The notes beneath the pieces are model-generated. The model saw nothing but the letters and a program-made list of their open reading frames with translations, ran no database searches and was not told the origin of the DNA. This document shows, piece by piece, positions 55,918 through 64,000 of a DNA stretch of 64,000 bases. This stretch comes from an uncultured Alphaproteobacteria bacterium (GTDB taxonomy: Bacteria > Pseudomonadota > Alphaproteobacteria > HIMB59 > GCA-002718135), in the NCBI GenBank assembly GCA_902512415.1, contig CABXJB010000001.1, positions 4,384-68,383 on the forward strand. Direction: 5' to 3'. Made by a program: the position numbers and the translations under genes. The first letter of the stretch is position 1. Every line of letters starts with the position of its first letter.

Positions 55918-57182
55918 TGAATAAAAAAGATGAAAAAGAGTCATTGTTCTGTTCTTTTTGTGGAAAAAGTCAGAAAGAAGTTAAGAAATTAATTGCAGGA
56001 CCAACTGTTTTTGTTTGCGATGAATGCATTGAGCTTTGCATGGATATCATAAAAGAAGATAGCAAAAACAATAAATCCAAACTTAAGAAAGATACACCGA
56101 AACCTTCTGAAATTAAAAAATTTCTTGATGATTTTGTTATTGGTCAAAATAAATCAAAAAAAATATTATCTGTAGCTGTATATAATCATTATAAAAGACT
56201 TGCTAATTCTTTGATAGATGATGTTGAATTATCTAAGTCAAATATTTTATTAGTAGGACCTACAGGAACCGGAAAAACTCTTCTTGCTCAAACTTTAGCA
56301 AAGATATTAGATGTGCCATTTACTGTAGCTGATGCTACTAGTTTAACAGAAGCTGGATATGTTGGAGAAGATGTTGAGAATATTATTTTGAAACTTTTAC
56401 AAGCATCGGATTATAATGTTGAACGAGCACAAAAAGGTATAGTTTACATTGATGAAATAGATAAAATTACAAGAAAAAGTGATAACCCTTCAATAACGAG
56501 AGATGTTTCAGGTGAGGGAGTCCAACAAGCATTGCTAAAATTAATGGAAGGTACTATTGCAAGTGTCCCTCCTCAAGGGGGTAGAAAACATCCTCAACAG
56601 GAGTTTTTACATGTTGATACGTCAAACATTTTATTTATATGTGGAGGAGCATTCTCTGGTCTTGATGCTTTAATTAATCAAAGATTAAAGGGTTCTTCAA
56701 TGGGCTTTAATTCATTAATTACCGAATTTAATGATAAATCTATTGGTGAATCTCTTGAAAATTTAGAGAATCAAGATTTACTAAAATTTGGTATGATACC
56801 TGAGTTCATAGGAAGACTTCCAGTTATAGCAACTCTAGAGGAACTTAATGTGGAGATGTTAATACAAATTATGCAAGAGCCAAAAAATGCTTTGTTAAAA
56901 CAATACAGCTCTTTATTTAAAATGGATGGAATTACACTTGAAATTAAGAAAGATGCTTTGAAAGAAATTGCTAATTTAGCTATAGAACAAAAAACAGGAG
57001 CTAGAGGACTTAGGTCAATTATTGAAAACTTGCTTATTGATCTAATGTTTGAAGCACCTGATAAGAAAAATTTGGAAACTATTATTATTAATAAAGATGT
57101 TGTATTGGAAAGAAAAGAGCCAATTTTAATTTATTCAAATAAACAGCAGATGAATCAAAAAATTTTAGCTAATAAGTCTTGA
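55917..57182 (+). CDS. clpX: ATP-dependent Clp protease ATP-binding subunit
   Basis: Zinc-finger CSFCGK...CDEC, Walker A GPTGTGKT; GTG start. Confidence 0.95.
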   Translation: MNKKDEKESLFCSFCGKSQKEVKKLIAGPTVFVCDECIELCMDIIKEDSKNNKSKLKKDTPKPSEIKKFLDDFVIGQNKSKKILSVAVYNHYKRLANSLIDDVELSKSNILLVGPTGTGKTLLAQTLAKILDVPFTVADATSLTEAGYVGEDVENIILKLLQASDYNVERAQKGIVYIDEIDKITRKSDNPSITRDVSGEGVQQALLKLMEGTIASVPPQGGRKHPQQEFLHVDTSNILFICGGAFSGLDALINQRLKGSSMGFNSLITEFNDKSIGESLENLENQDLLKFGMIPEFIGRLPVIATLEELNVEMLIQIMQEPKNALLKQYSSLFKMDGITLEIKKDALKEIANLAIEQKTGARGLRSIIENLLIDLMFEAPDKKNLETIIINKDVVLERKEPILIYSNKQQMNQKILANKS

Positions 57183-57220
57183 TTTTATTAACAATATAAT
57201 CATTTATTATATATAGCAAT

Positions 57221-59614
57221 ATGAGCATCAAATCTATTCCACTACTTCCCTTAAGAGACATAGTAGTTTTTCCTGGAATGGTAGCCCCGCTGTTCGTTGG
57301 TAGAAAGCAATCAGTAAATGCTCTTAATCATGTAATGAGTAAAGATAAAAAGATTTTTCTCCTAACTCAAAAAGATTCTGACGTTGAAACCCCTGATATT
57401 GAAAATTTATATCAGTGTGGAACTATTGCTAAAGTTTTACAACTTCTTAAATTACCAGACGGAACTATAAAAGTTTTAGTTGAGGGATTGCAAAGAGCTA
57501 ATTTAAAAAGCGTAAACACTAGTAAAGATTTTACATTTGCTAATATTCAAATCCCTAATAAAAAGATCATTTTTAATTCTAAAATTAAAGCTTTATCTAA
57601 AATTGTTATTGAGCAATTTGAAGAATACACAAAGGTAAATAAAAAACTACCAAGTGATTTAATTAATAACTTCAAATCCACAAGTGATCCTAGTAAAATC
57701 TCTGATCTAATTTCAGTTAATTTAGGAATTTCTATAGAACAAAAGCAAGAATTATTAGAACTTTTTGATTTAGAAAAACGTCTTGATAAAATATATTCGT
57801 ATTTATTAAGTGAGATAGACTCATTTCAGGTAGAAAAGAAAATAAAGGGAAGGGTTAAACGTCAAATGGAAAAAACCCAAAAAGAATACTACCTAAATGA
57901 ACAAATGAAAGCAATTCAAAAGGAATTAGGCGAAAATGAAGATACCGATGAAATATCAGAAATAGAAAAGAAGATTGAAAAAATTGATCTTACTAAAGAA
58001 GCTAAAGAAAAGTGTAAATCAGAGATAAAGAAATTAAAAAATATGAGCCCTATGTCTGCTGAGGCAACTGTCATTAGAAATTATCTCGATTGGGTTCTGT
58101 CAATACCTTGGAATATCTCAACTAAGATCTCTAAAGATATTAATAAAGCTAAAGAAATTTTAGAAAATGATCACTATGGTTTAGATAATGTTAAAGACAG
58201 GATCTTAGAATATCTTGCTGTTCAAAAAAGATCAGATAAAATTAGAGGCCCAATTTTATGTCTTGTTGGACCTCCAGGGGTTGGAAAAACCTCTCTTGGA
58301 AAATCAATTGCTACTTCTACTGGTAGAAATTTTGTAAGAATGTCTCTTGGAGGTATTAGAGATGAGGCAGAAATTAGAGGTCATAGAAAAACATATATTG
58401 GTTCTATGCCAGGTAGATTTGTTCAATCAATGAAAAAAGCGAAATCTTCAAACCCTTTAATTTTGCTTGATGAAATTGATAAGCTTGGATCAGACTGGAG
58501 AGGGGATCCATCATCTGCATTACTTGAAGTTTTAGATCCCGAACAAAATAATAAATTTAATGACCATTATTTAGAATTGGATTATGACTTATCAGATGCA
58601 ATGTTTGTTTGTACCGCTAATACACTAAATATTCCTGCTGCACTTTTAGATAGAATGGAAATTATCAGAATACCTGGATATACAGAAAAAGAAAAAAATA
58701 AAATTGCTCTAAAATATCTTCTCCCTAAACAAATAAAAAATCATGTATTGAAAAAAAATGAAATTAAATTTGGAACTAAAATTATAAACCAGATCATTAG
58801 AAACTATACAAGAGAAGCTGGAGTTAGAAATTTAGAAAAAGAAATTTCAAAGGTCTGTAGAAAAGTTGTTAAGAAATTAGAAACTTCAAATAAAAAATCT
58901 GTCATTTTAAATGATGATCTTTTATATAAATTTTTAGGTTACAGTAAATTTAGGTCTAGTGAAATTGAGAAAAAAAACCTTGTTGGCGTTACAAATGGAC
59001 TTGCCTGGACAGAAGTTGGTGGTGAGATTTTATCTATAGAAACAATTTTATCTCTTGGTAAAGGTAAATTGTCTATCACGGGAAAACTTGGTGATGTAAT
59101 GAAAGAATCTGTTCAAGCTGCAATTTCTTATGTAAAATCTAATAGTATAGATCTTGGAATTCATCCTTTTGATTTTGATAAGTATGATATTCATGTACAT
59201 GTTCCTGAGGGAGCTACTCCTAAAGATGGCCCGAGTGCTGGAGTTGCTATTTTTAATTCGTTAGTATCTTCAATGACATCAAATAAAGTAAAAAGAGATA
59301 TTGCTATGACTGGCGAAATTACTTTAAGGGGCAGAGTATTACCTATAGGCGGTTTAAAGGAAAAAATTTATGCAGCCGTAAGAGCTGGTATTAAAACAGT
59401 ACTTATTCCTGAAGATAATAAAAATGAAATTAAAGAATTTGATAAAGATTTACTTAAAAATATAAAAATTATTCCTATTATAGAAGCAAAATCAGTACTT
59501 AAATATACTCTCACTAAACCTATAAATCCTCTAAATGTTAGCGAATCTCAAATTCTTGAGACTCAAAAATCATCTCAAATTGAGAATAATCTTAAGCGAA
59601 ATTTAACTCATTAA
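57221..59614 (+). CDS. lon: Lon protease
   Basis: LON N-domain, Walker A GPPGVGKTS, catalytic PKDGPSAG. Confidence 0.95.
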   Translation: MSIKSIPLLPLRDIVVFPGMVAPLFVGRKQSVNALNHVMSKDKKIFLLTQKDSDVETPDIENLYQCGTIAKVLQLLKLPDGTIKVLVEGLQRANLKSVNTSKDFTFANIQIPNKKIIFNSKIKALSKIVIEQFEEYTKVNKKLPSDLINNFKSTSDPSKISDLISVNLGISIEQKQELLELFDLEKRLDKIYSYLLSEIDSFQVEKKIKGRVKRQMEKTQKEYYLNEQMKAIQKELGENEDTDEISEIEKKIEKIDLTKEAKEKCKSEIKKLKNMSPMSAEATVIRNYLDWVLSIPWNISTKISKDINKAKEILENDHYGLDNVKDRILEYLAVQKRSDKIRGPILCLVGPPGVGKTSLGKSIATSTGRNFVRMSLGGIRDEAEIRGHRKTYIGSMPGRFVQSMKKAKSSNPLILLDEIDKLGSDWRGDPSSALLEVLDPEQNNKFNDHYLELDYDLSDAMFVCTANTLNIPAALLDRMEIIRIPGYTEKEKNKIALKYLLPKQIKNHVLKKNEIKFGTKIINQIIRNYTREAGVRNLEKEISKVCRKVVKKLETSNKKSVILNDDLLYKFLGYSKFRSSEIEKKNLVGVTNGLAWTEVGGEILSIETILSLGKGKLSITGKLGDVMKESVQAAISYVKSNSIDLGIHPFDFDKYDIHVHVPEGATPKDGPSAGVAIFNSLVSSMTSNKVKRDIAMTGEITLRGRVLPIGGLKEKIYAAVRAGIKTVLIPEDNKNEIKEFDKDLLKNIKIIPIIEAKSVLKYTLTKPINPLNVSESQILETQKSSQIENNLKRNLTH

Positions 59615-59735
59615 TCTATATTTTCTAGGAAAAAACATTAATTTACCAATAAAACTGGGATTTTTTTATAAAATTAATTGACTTGGTACTTAAACTAGAG
59701 AATATCTTTTACATATCAATAAAAAGGAGTCTAAT

Positions 59736-60011
59736 GTGAATAAAAATGACCTAATTGCATCAGTTGCTTCGTCTGCTGGTTTATCTAAATCAGACGCTAC
59801 AAGAGCAATCGAAAGTATGCTTGATGCTGTAACTAACTCTTTAAAAAGAGATGAAAAAGTTAGTATTGTGGGCTTTGGAAATTTCAGTGTTAGCCACAGA
59901 AAAGCGACAACTGGAAGAAATCCTAGAACTGGTGAATCTATACAAATACCTGCATCTAAAAGACCAAAATTTACTGTAGGTAAGGCCCTTAAAGATGCAG
60001 TAAATCACTAA
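59736..60011 (+). CDS. hupB: HU-family DNA-binding protein
   Basis: 91 aa; MNKNDLI...GFGNFSV..R.ATTGRNPRTGE pattern; GTG start. Confidence 0.9.
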   Translation: MNKNDLIASVASSAGLSKSDATRAIESMLDAVTNSLKRDEKVSIVGFGNFSVSHRKATTGRNPRTGESIQIPASKRPKFTVGKALKDAVNH

Positions 60012-60032
60012 AACAATATTATTTTTGTTGCC

Positions 60033-60067
60033 ACGGCTGTTAAAAATATTTAACAGCCGTTTTTGTT
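60033..60067 (+). terminator. rho-independent terminator after hupB
   Basis: Stem acggctgttaaa (60033-60044) / tttaacagccgt (60049-60060) followed by ttttgttt. Confidence 0.75.
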
Positions 60068-60069
60068 TA

Positions 60070-60145
60070 GGGTGTTTAGCTCAGTTGGTAGAGCATCTCG
60101 TTTACACCGAGAGGGTCGGGAGTTCGAGTCTCTCAACACCCACCA
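60070..60145 (+). tRNA. tRNA-Val (UAC)
   Basis: Manual cloverleaf: acceptor gggtgtt/aacaccc, anticodon loop ttTACac, T-loop ttcgagt, encoded CCA. Confidence 0.85.
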
Positions 60146-60148
60146 TGC

Positions 60149-60225
60149 GCGGGAGTAGTTCAGCTGGTTAGAACGCTGCCCTGTCACGGCAGAGGTCGCG
60201 GGTTCGAATCCCGTCTCTCGCGCCA
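60149..60225 (+). tRNA. tRNA-Asp (GUC)
   Basis: Manual cloverleaf: acceptor gcgggag/ctctcgc, anticodon loop ctGTCac, T-loop ttcgaat, encoded CCA. Confidence 0.85.
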
Positions 60226-60378
60226 TTTCTATGATCTATTTTATTAAGTCATAGCAATATTAGTAGCAAAAACAAATTGTCTTAATAATTATATATTGGC
60301 CGCAGAAATCATGGATTTTATCATTTAATAGTTTACTAAACATATTACTTAAATATTTTTTGTAGAAACATTTAAAAA

Positions 60379-60744
60379 GTGGAAAATTATTTATCTGAAT
60401 ATTTACCAATTTTAATTTTTATTATTATTGGGTTTGCAATGGCAATTGGAATGACCACCTTATCTTTTATAGTTGGGGAGAGAAAACCTGATAAAGAAAA
60501 GCTGTCTGCATATGAATGTGGCTTTGAAGCATTTGATGATGCTAGAGGAAGATTTGATGTAAGATTTTATTTAGTAGCCATTCTATTTATAATTTTTGAT
60601 TTGGAGGTAGCTTTTTTATTTCCTTGGGCAATATCATTAGGAAGCATTGGAATATTTGGATTTTGGTCAATGATGATTTTTTTATTCATTCTAACAATTG
60701 GTTTTATTTATGAGTGGAAAAAGGGAGCTCTTGAATGGGAGTAG
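60379..60744 (+). CDS. nuoA: NADH-quinone oxidoreductase subunit A
   Basis: 121 aa, 3 TM, YECGF motif; first gene of the nuo cluster. Confidence 0.9.
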   Translation: MENYLSEYLPILIFIIIGFAMAIGMTTLSFIVGERKPDKEKLSAYECGFEAFDDARGRFDVRFYLVAILFIIFDLEVAFLFPWAISLGSIGIFGFWSMMIFLFILTIGFIYEWKKGALEWE

Positions 60745-61235
60745 AAATTAATGAAGATAATTTTGGTAATGAACTAAACTCTAAGGGGTTTTTAGTTGCA
60801 AATTTTGATAAACTCTTAACTTGGGCAAGAACAGGTTCATTGTGGCCTATGACTTTTGGTTTAGCTTGTTGTGGAGTCGAAATGATGCATACATATATGG
60901 CAAGATATGATCTTGACAGATATGGTGTGATTCCTAGAGGTAGTCCTCGTCAATCTGATGTTATGATTGTTGCCGGAACTTTAACTAATAAAATGGCACC
61001 AGCATTAAGAAAAGTTTATGACCAAATGCCAGAACCTAGGTGGGTAATATCTATGGGATCTTGTGCAAATGGTGGAGGATATTATCATTATTCTTATTCT
61101 GTTGTAAGAGGCTGTGACAGAATTGTTCCAGTTGATATTTATGTGCCTGGATGTCCTCCAACTGCAGAGGCATTAGTATATGGCATTTTGCAATTACAAA
61201 AAAAAATCAAAAGAAAAAATAAATTTGTAAGATAA
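60735..61235 (+). CDS. nuoB: NADH-quinone oxidoreductase subunit B
   Basis: N2 cluster cysteines ([22 protein letters not shown]). Confidence 0.95.
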   Translation: MGVEINEDNFGNELNSKGFLVANFDKLLTWARTGSLWPMTFGLACCGVEMMHTYMARYDLDRYGVIPRGSPRQSDVMIVAGTLTNKMAPALRKVYDQMPEPRWVISMGSCANGGGYYHYSYSVVRGCDRIVPVDIYVPGCPPTAEALVYGILQLQKKIKRKNKFVR

Positions 61236-61238
61236 TTA

Positions 61239-61811
61239 ATGCTTGAAGATATAAAAAAAATTACTGAGCTAACATCAATTGAGGATAAAAATATATTTTA
61301 CGAAGCATTTTTTAAAAAAGAAGACATTTTAAAAGTTTTAAATGAATTAAAGGATAATGAATTATTTAATTTTGATCAGTTAATTGACATAACAGCGATA
61401 GATTATCCATCCAGAGAACAGCGATTTGAGATCATTTATATTCTTTTAAGTATGAAAAAAAATAAACGTATAGTTTTAAGAACATCTATTGATGAAAATG
61501 AAAGTCTAGATAGCATTATACAAATTTTTAAAGCCTCTGATTGGTATGAGAGAGAGTGCTATGATTTATTTGGAATCAAGTTTAATAATCATCCTGACTT
61601 AAGAAGGATTATGACTGATTATAACTTCGAAGGTCATCCTCTTAGAAAAGATTTCCCTTTAACAGGACACAATGAAGTTAGATATGATGATGTTGAAAAA
61701 AAAGTTGTCTATGAACCTGTAAAATTAACGCAAGAATATCGAGATTTTGATTATACCTCTCCATGGGAGGGTCTGCCTAAAGGAATTGATGATTATAACG
61801 AGCAAGAGTAA
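61239..61811 (+). CDS. nuoC: NADH-quinone oxidoreductase subunit C
   Basis: [23 protein letters not shown] pattern. Confidence 0.9.
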   Translation: MLEDIKKITELTSIEDKNIFYEAFFKKEDILKVLNELKDNELFNFDQLIDITAIDYPSREQRFEIIYILLSMKKNKRIVLRTSIDENESLDSIIQIFKASDWYERECYDLFGIKFNNHPDLRRIMTDYNFEGHPLRKDFPLTGHNEVRYDDVEKKVVYEPVKLTQEYRDFDYTSPWEGLPKGIDDYNEQE

Positions 61812-61813
61812 TT

Positions 61814-62992
61814 ATGAAAGAAATAGAAGTAAACACAACTACTATTAATTTTGGACCACAACATCCAGCTGCACATGGTGTTTTAAGATTAGTTGTAGAG
61901 CTTGATGGAGAGGTTGTTGAGAGAGCAGAACCACATATTGGATTGTTGCATAGAGGTACTGAAAAATTAATTGAATATAAAACATATCTTCAAGCTGTAC
62001 CGTATTTTGATAGATTGGATTATGTTTCACCAATGTGTCAAGAACATGCTTTTGCACTAGCTACAGAAAATTTGTTAAAAATAGAAGTTCCTCAAAGGGC
62101 TCAATACATAAGAGTTATTTTTTCTGAAATTACAAGACTCTTAAATCATTTATTAAATATACCTGCTTATGCAGCTGATATTGGGGCAGTTACTCCTTTC
62201 TTGTGGTGTTTTGAAGAACGTGAAAAGCTTCTTCAATTTCATGAAGCTGTATCAGGAGCGAGATTCCACGCTGCTTATTTTAGACCCGGAGGCGTTCATC
62301 AAGATATGCCTGAGGATATGGAAGAAAAGCTTAATGATCATTTTAAAACTTTACCTAAATTTATTGATGATCTTGAAGAACTTTTAACAAATAATAGAAT
62401 TTTAAGACAAAGATCTGTAGATATTGGCGTTATATCAAAGCAAGAAGCTATTGAATGGGGATGCACAGGACCAGTTTTAAGAAGTGCTGGTGTAGCTTGG
62501 GATTTGAGACGTTCGCAACCATATGATGCATATGACAAAGTTGACTTTGAAGTGCCTGTTGGTAAAAAAGGTGATTGTTTTGATCGATACTTAGTACGTA
62601 TTGAAGAAATGAGACAAAGTATTTCAATTATTCAGCAATGCTTAACTCAAATTAAATCAGGAGAAATATCTGTAATCGATAATAAAATTACTCCTCCAAA
62701 AAGAAGTGAAATGAAACACTCTATGGAGTCATTAATTCATCATTTCAAATTGTTTACAGAAGGCTACCGAGTTCCAGAAGGTCAGACCTATAATGCTGTT
62801 GAAGCGCCTAAAGGAGAGTTTGGTGTATTTTTAGTTTCAGATGGATCAAGCAAACCTTATAGATGTAAAATAAGAGCACCAGGTTTTGCTCACCTTCAAA
62901 CACTGGATTTTTTATCTAAAGGTCATCTAATGGCTGACATCGCTGCTATTCTTGGGAGTCTTGATATTGTATTTGGGGAAATAGATCGATGA
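61814..62992 (+). CDS. nuoD: NADH-quinone oxidoreductase subunit D
   Basis: [15 protein letters not shown] and HRGTEKL motifs. Confidence 0.95.
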   Translation: MKEIEVNTTTINFGPQHPAAHGVLRLVVELDGEVVERAEPHIGLLHRGTEKLIEYKTYLQAVPYFDRLDYVSPMCQEHAFALATENLLKIEVPQRAQYIRVIFSEITRLLNHLLNIPAYAADIGAVTPFLWCFEEREKLLQFHEAVSGARFHAAYFRPGGVHQDMPEDMEEKLNDHFKTLPKFIDDLEELLTNNRILRQRSVDIGVISKQEAIEWGCTGPVLRSAGVAWDLRRSQPYDAYDKVDFEVPVGKKGDCFDRYLVRIEEMRQSISIIQQCLTQIKSGEISVIDNKITPPKRSEMKHSMESLIHHFKLFTEGYRVPEGQTYNAVEAPKGEFGVFLVSDGSSKPYRCKIRAPGFAHLQTLDFLSKGHLMADIAAILGSLDIVFGEIDR

Positions 62993-63588
62993 AACATCCA
63001 GGCATGATAAATAAAGTCTACAATATTTCAGATGAAACTTTTAATTGGTCTGAAGATAATTTCAAAAGAGCTTCAGAAATTATAAAAAAATATCCTGACT
63101 CAAGACAACAAAGTGCTGTCATTCCTCTTCTTGACCTTGCTCAAAGACAAAACTCAGGTTGGTTAAGTAAAACTTCTATTGAAAAAGTCGCTGAAACATT
63201 AAGTATGTCATACATTCGCGTTTTAGAAGTCGCTACATTTTATTCAATGTTTAACCTTGAACCAGTTGGTGAAAACTTTGTTCAAATTTGTAGAACAACT
63301 CCTTGTTGGTTAAGAGGAAGTGATAATCTTGTTAAAGTTGCTAAAGAGGTTTCAAATACTAAACTAGGTGAAACTTCTGATGATAAAAAATTTACTATTG
63401 TTGAGGTTGAATGTTTAGGTGCTTGTTGTAATGCACCTATGGTTCAAATAAATGATGATTATTATGAAGATCTTGATGAAGATAGTTTTAAAGAATTATT
63501 AACTGATTTAAAACAAGGTAAAAAAATTATTAAAGGTTCGCAGATAGGAAGACAAACGTCCCACCCTCAAAGAGAAAAAAATGCTTAG
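62989..63588 (+). CDS. nuoE: NADH-quinone oxidoreductase subunit E
   Basis: [2Fe-2S] cysteines ([15 protein letters not shown]). Confidence 0.9.
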   Translation: MKHPGMINKVYNISDETFNWSEDNFKRASEIIKKYPDSRQQSAVIPLLDLAQRQNSGWLSKTSIEKVAETLSMSYIRVLEVATFYSMFNLEPVGENFVQICRTTPCWLRGSDNLVKVAKEVSNTKLGETSDDKKFTIVEVECLGACCNAPMVQINDDYYEDLDEDSFKELLTDLKQGKKIIKGSQIGRQTSHPQREKNA

Positions 63589-64000
63589 AGAAGAAGATAA
63601 AATTTTTAATAATTTATATGGCTTTGATGATTGGTCTTTAACTGGCGCCAAAAACAGAGGCGTATGGTCTAATACAAAAGAAATTATTGAAAAAGGATCT
63701 GATTTTATTGTTGAAGAAATAAAAAGTAGTCAATTGCGAGGAAGAGGTGGAGCTGGTTTTCCTGCTGGATTGAAATGGTCATTCATGCCAAAAGATTCTG
63801 GTAAGCCTCATTATTTAGTAGTTAACGCTGATGAATCTGAACCCGGAACATGTAAGGACAGGGAGATAATGAGAAATGACCCCCATCTTTTATTGGAAGG
63901 TTGTTTAATTGCTGGTTTTGCAATGCATGCAAATACTTGTTATATTTATATTAGGGGAGAATATTCTAATGAAGCATCAAATCTTCAAAAAGCAATTGAT
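63581..64000 (+). CDS. nuoF: NADH-quinone oxidoreductase subunit F (5' part; runs off the window end)
   Basis: Own translation from ATG 63581: [14 protein letters not shown]...[20 protein letters not shown]...[16 protein letters not shown]. Confidence 0.9.
   Translation, partial: MLREEDKIFNNLYGFDDWSLTGAKNRGVWSNTKEIIEKGSDFIVEEIKSSQLRGRGGAGFPAGLKWSFMPKDSGKPHYLVVNADESEPGTCKDREIMRNDPHLLLEGCLIAGFAMHANTCYIYIRGEYSNEASNLQKAID

Overview
The window is very AT-rich, gene-dense bacterial chromosome with almost no non-coding DNA and frequent 4-nt stop/start overlaps. The gene content (aprM-aprBA, many ABC importers, tig-clpP-clpX-lon-hupB-tRNA-nuoABCDEF) fits a streamlined marine alphaproteobacterium of the SAR11/Pelagibacterales type. 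That taxonomic call is inference; no database search was possible and all function calls rest on motifs I recognise in the translations.

Layout:
- 0-11.2 kb: TPP-decarboxylase fragment, mutarotase, DMT, an Opp/Dpp-type ABC importer, and a cytoplasmic sulfatase-family hydrolase paired with a MetE-like protein.
- 11.3-18.5 kb: an island with 13 FNR-type boxes (TTGAT-N4-ATCAA), an FnrL-type regulator, nirK, a peroxiredoxin, O2-dependent enzyme homologues and several micro-ORFs.
- 18.6-30.4 kb: amino/guanidino-compound catabolism (ureohydrolase, Ald, omega-aminotransferase, Pta-like, PxpABC, GDH-like).
- 30.4-43 kb: a LacI-linked CUT1 transporter, followed by five proteins carrying up to nine NTF2/SnoaL-like domains, a bicupin, a second MetE-like protein and a HisD paralogue. 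Three intergenic regions here share one 18-bp palindrome.
- 43-48.3 kb: APS-kinase-like protein and a mini nucleotidyltransferase, then aprM-aprB-aprA and cysQ.
- 48.4-53.7 kb: prepilin peptidase, an Amt-PP2C fusion, bactofilin, a short PII and an aminotransferase.
- 53.7-64 kb: ordinary housekeeping genes (4 tRNAs, tig, clpPX, lon, hupB, nuoA-F); I have no findings there.

The best candidates for undescribed biology are the FNR-box island with its apparently leaderless promoter geometry, and the NTF2/SnoaL-bicupin-MetE-like-HisD-like cluster. No mobile elements, CRISPR arrays or rRNA genes were seen.
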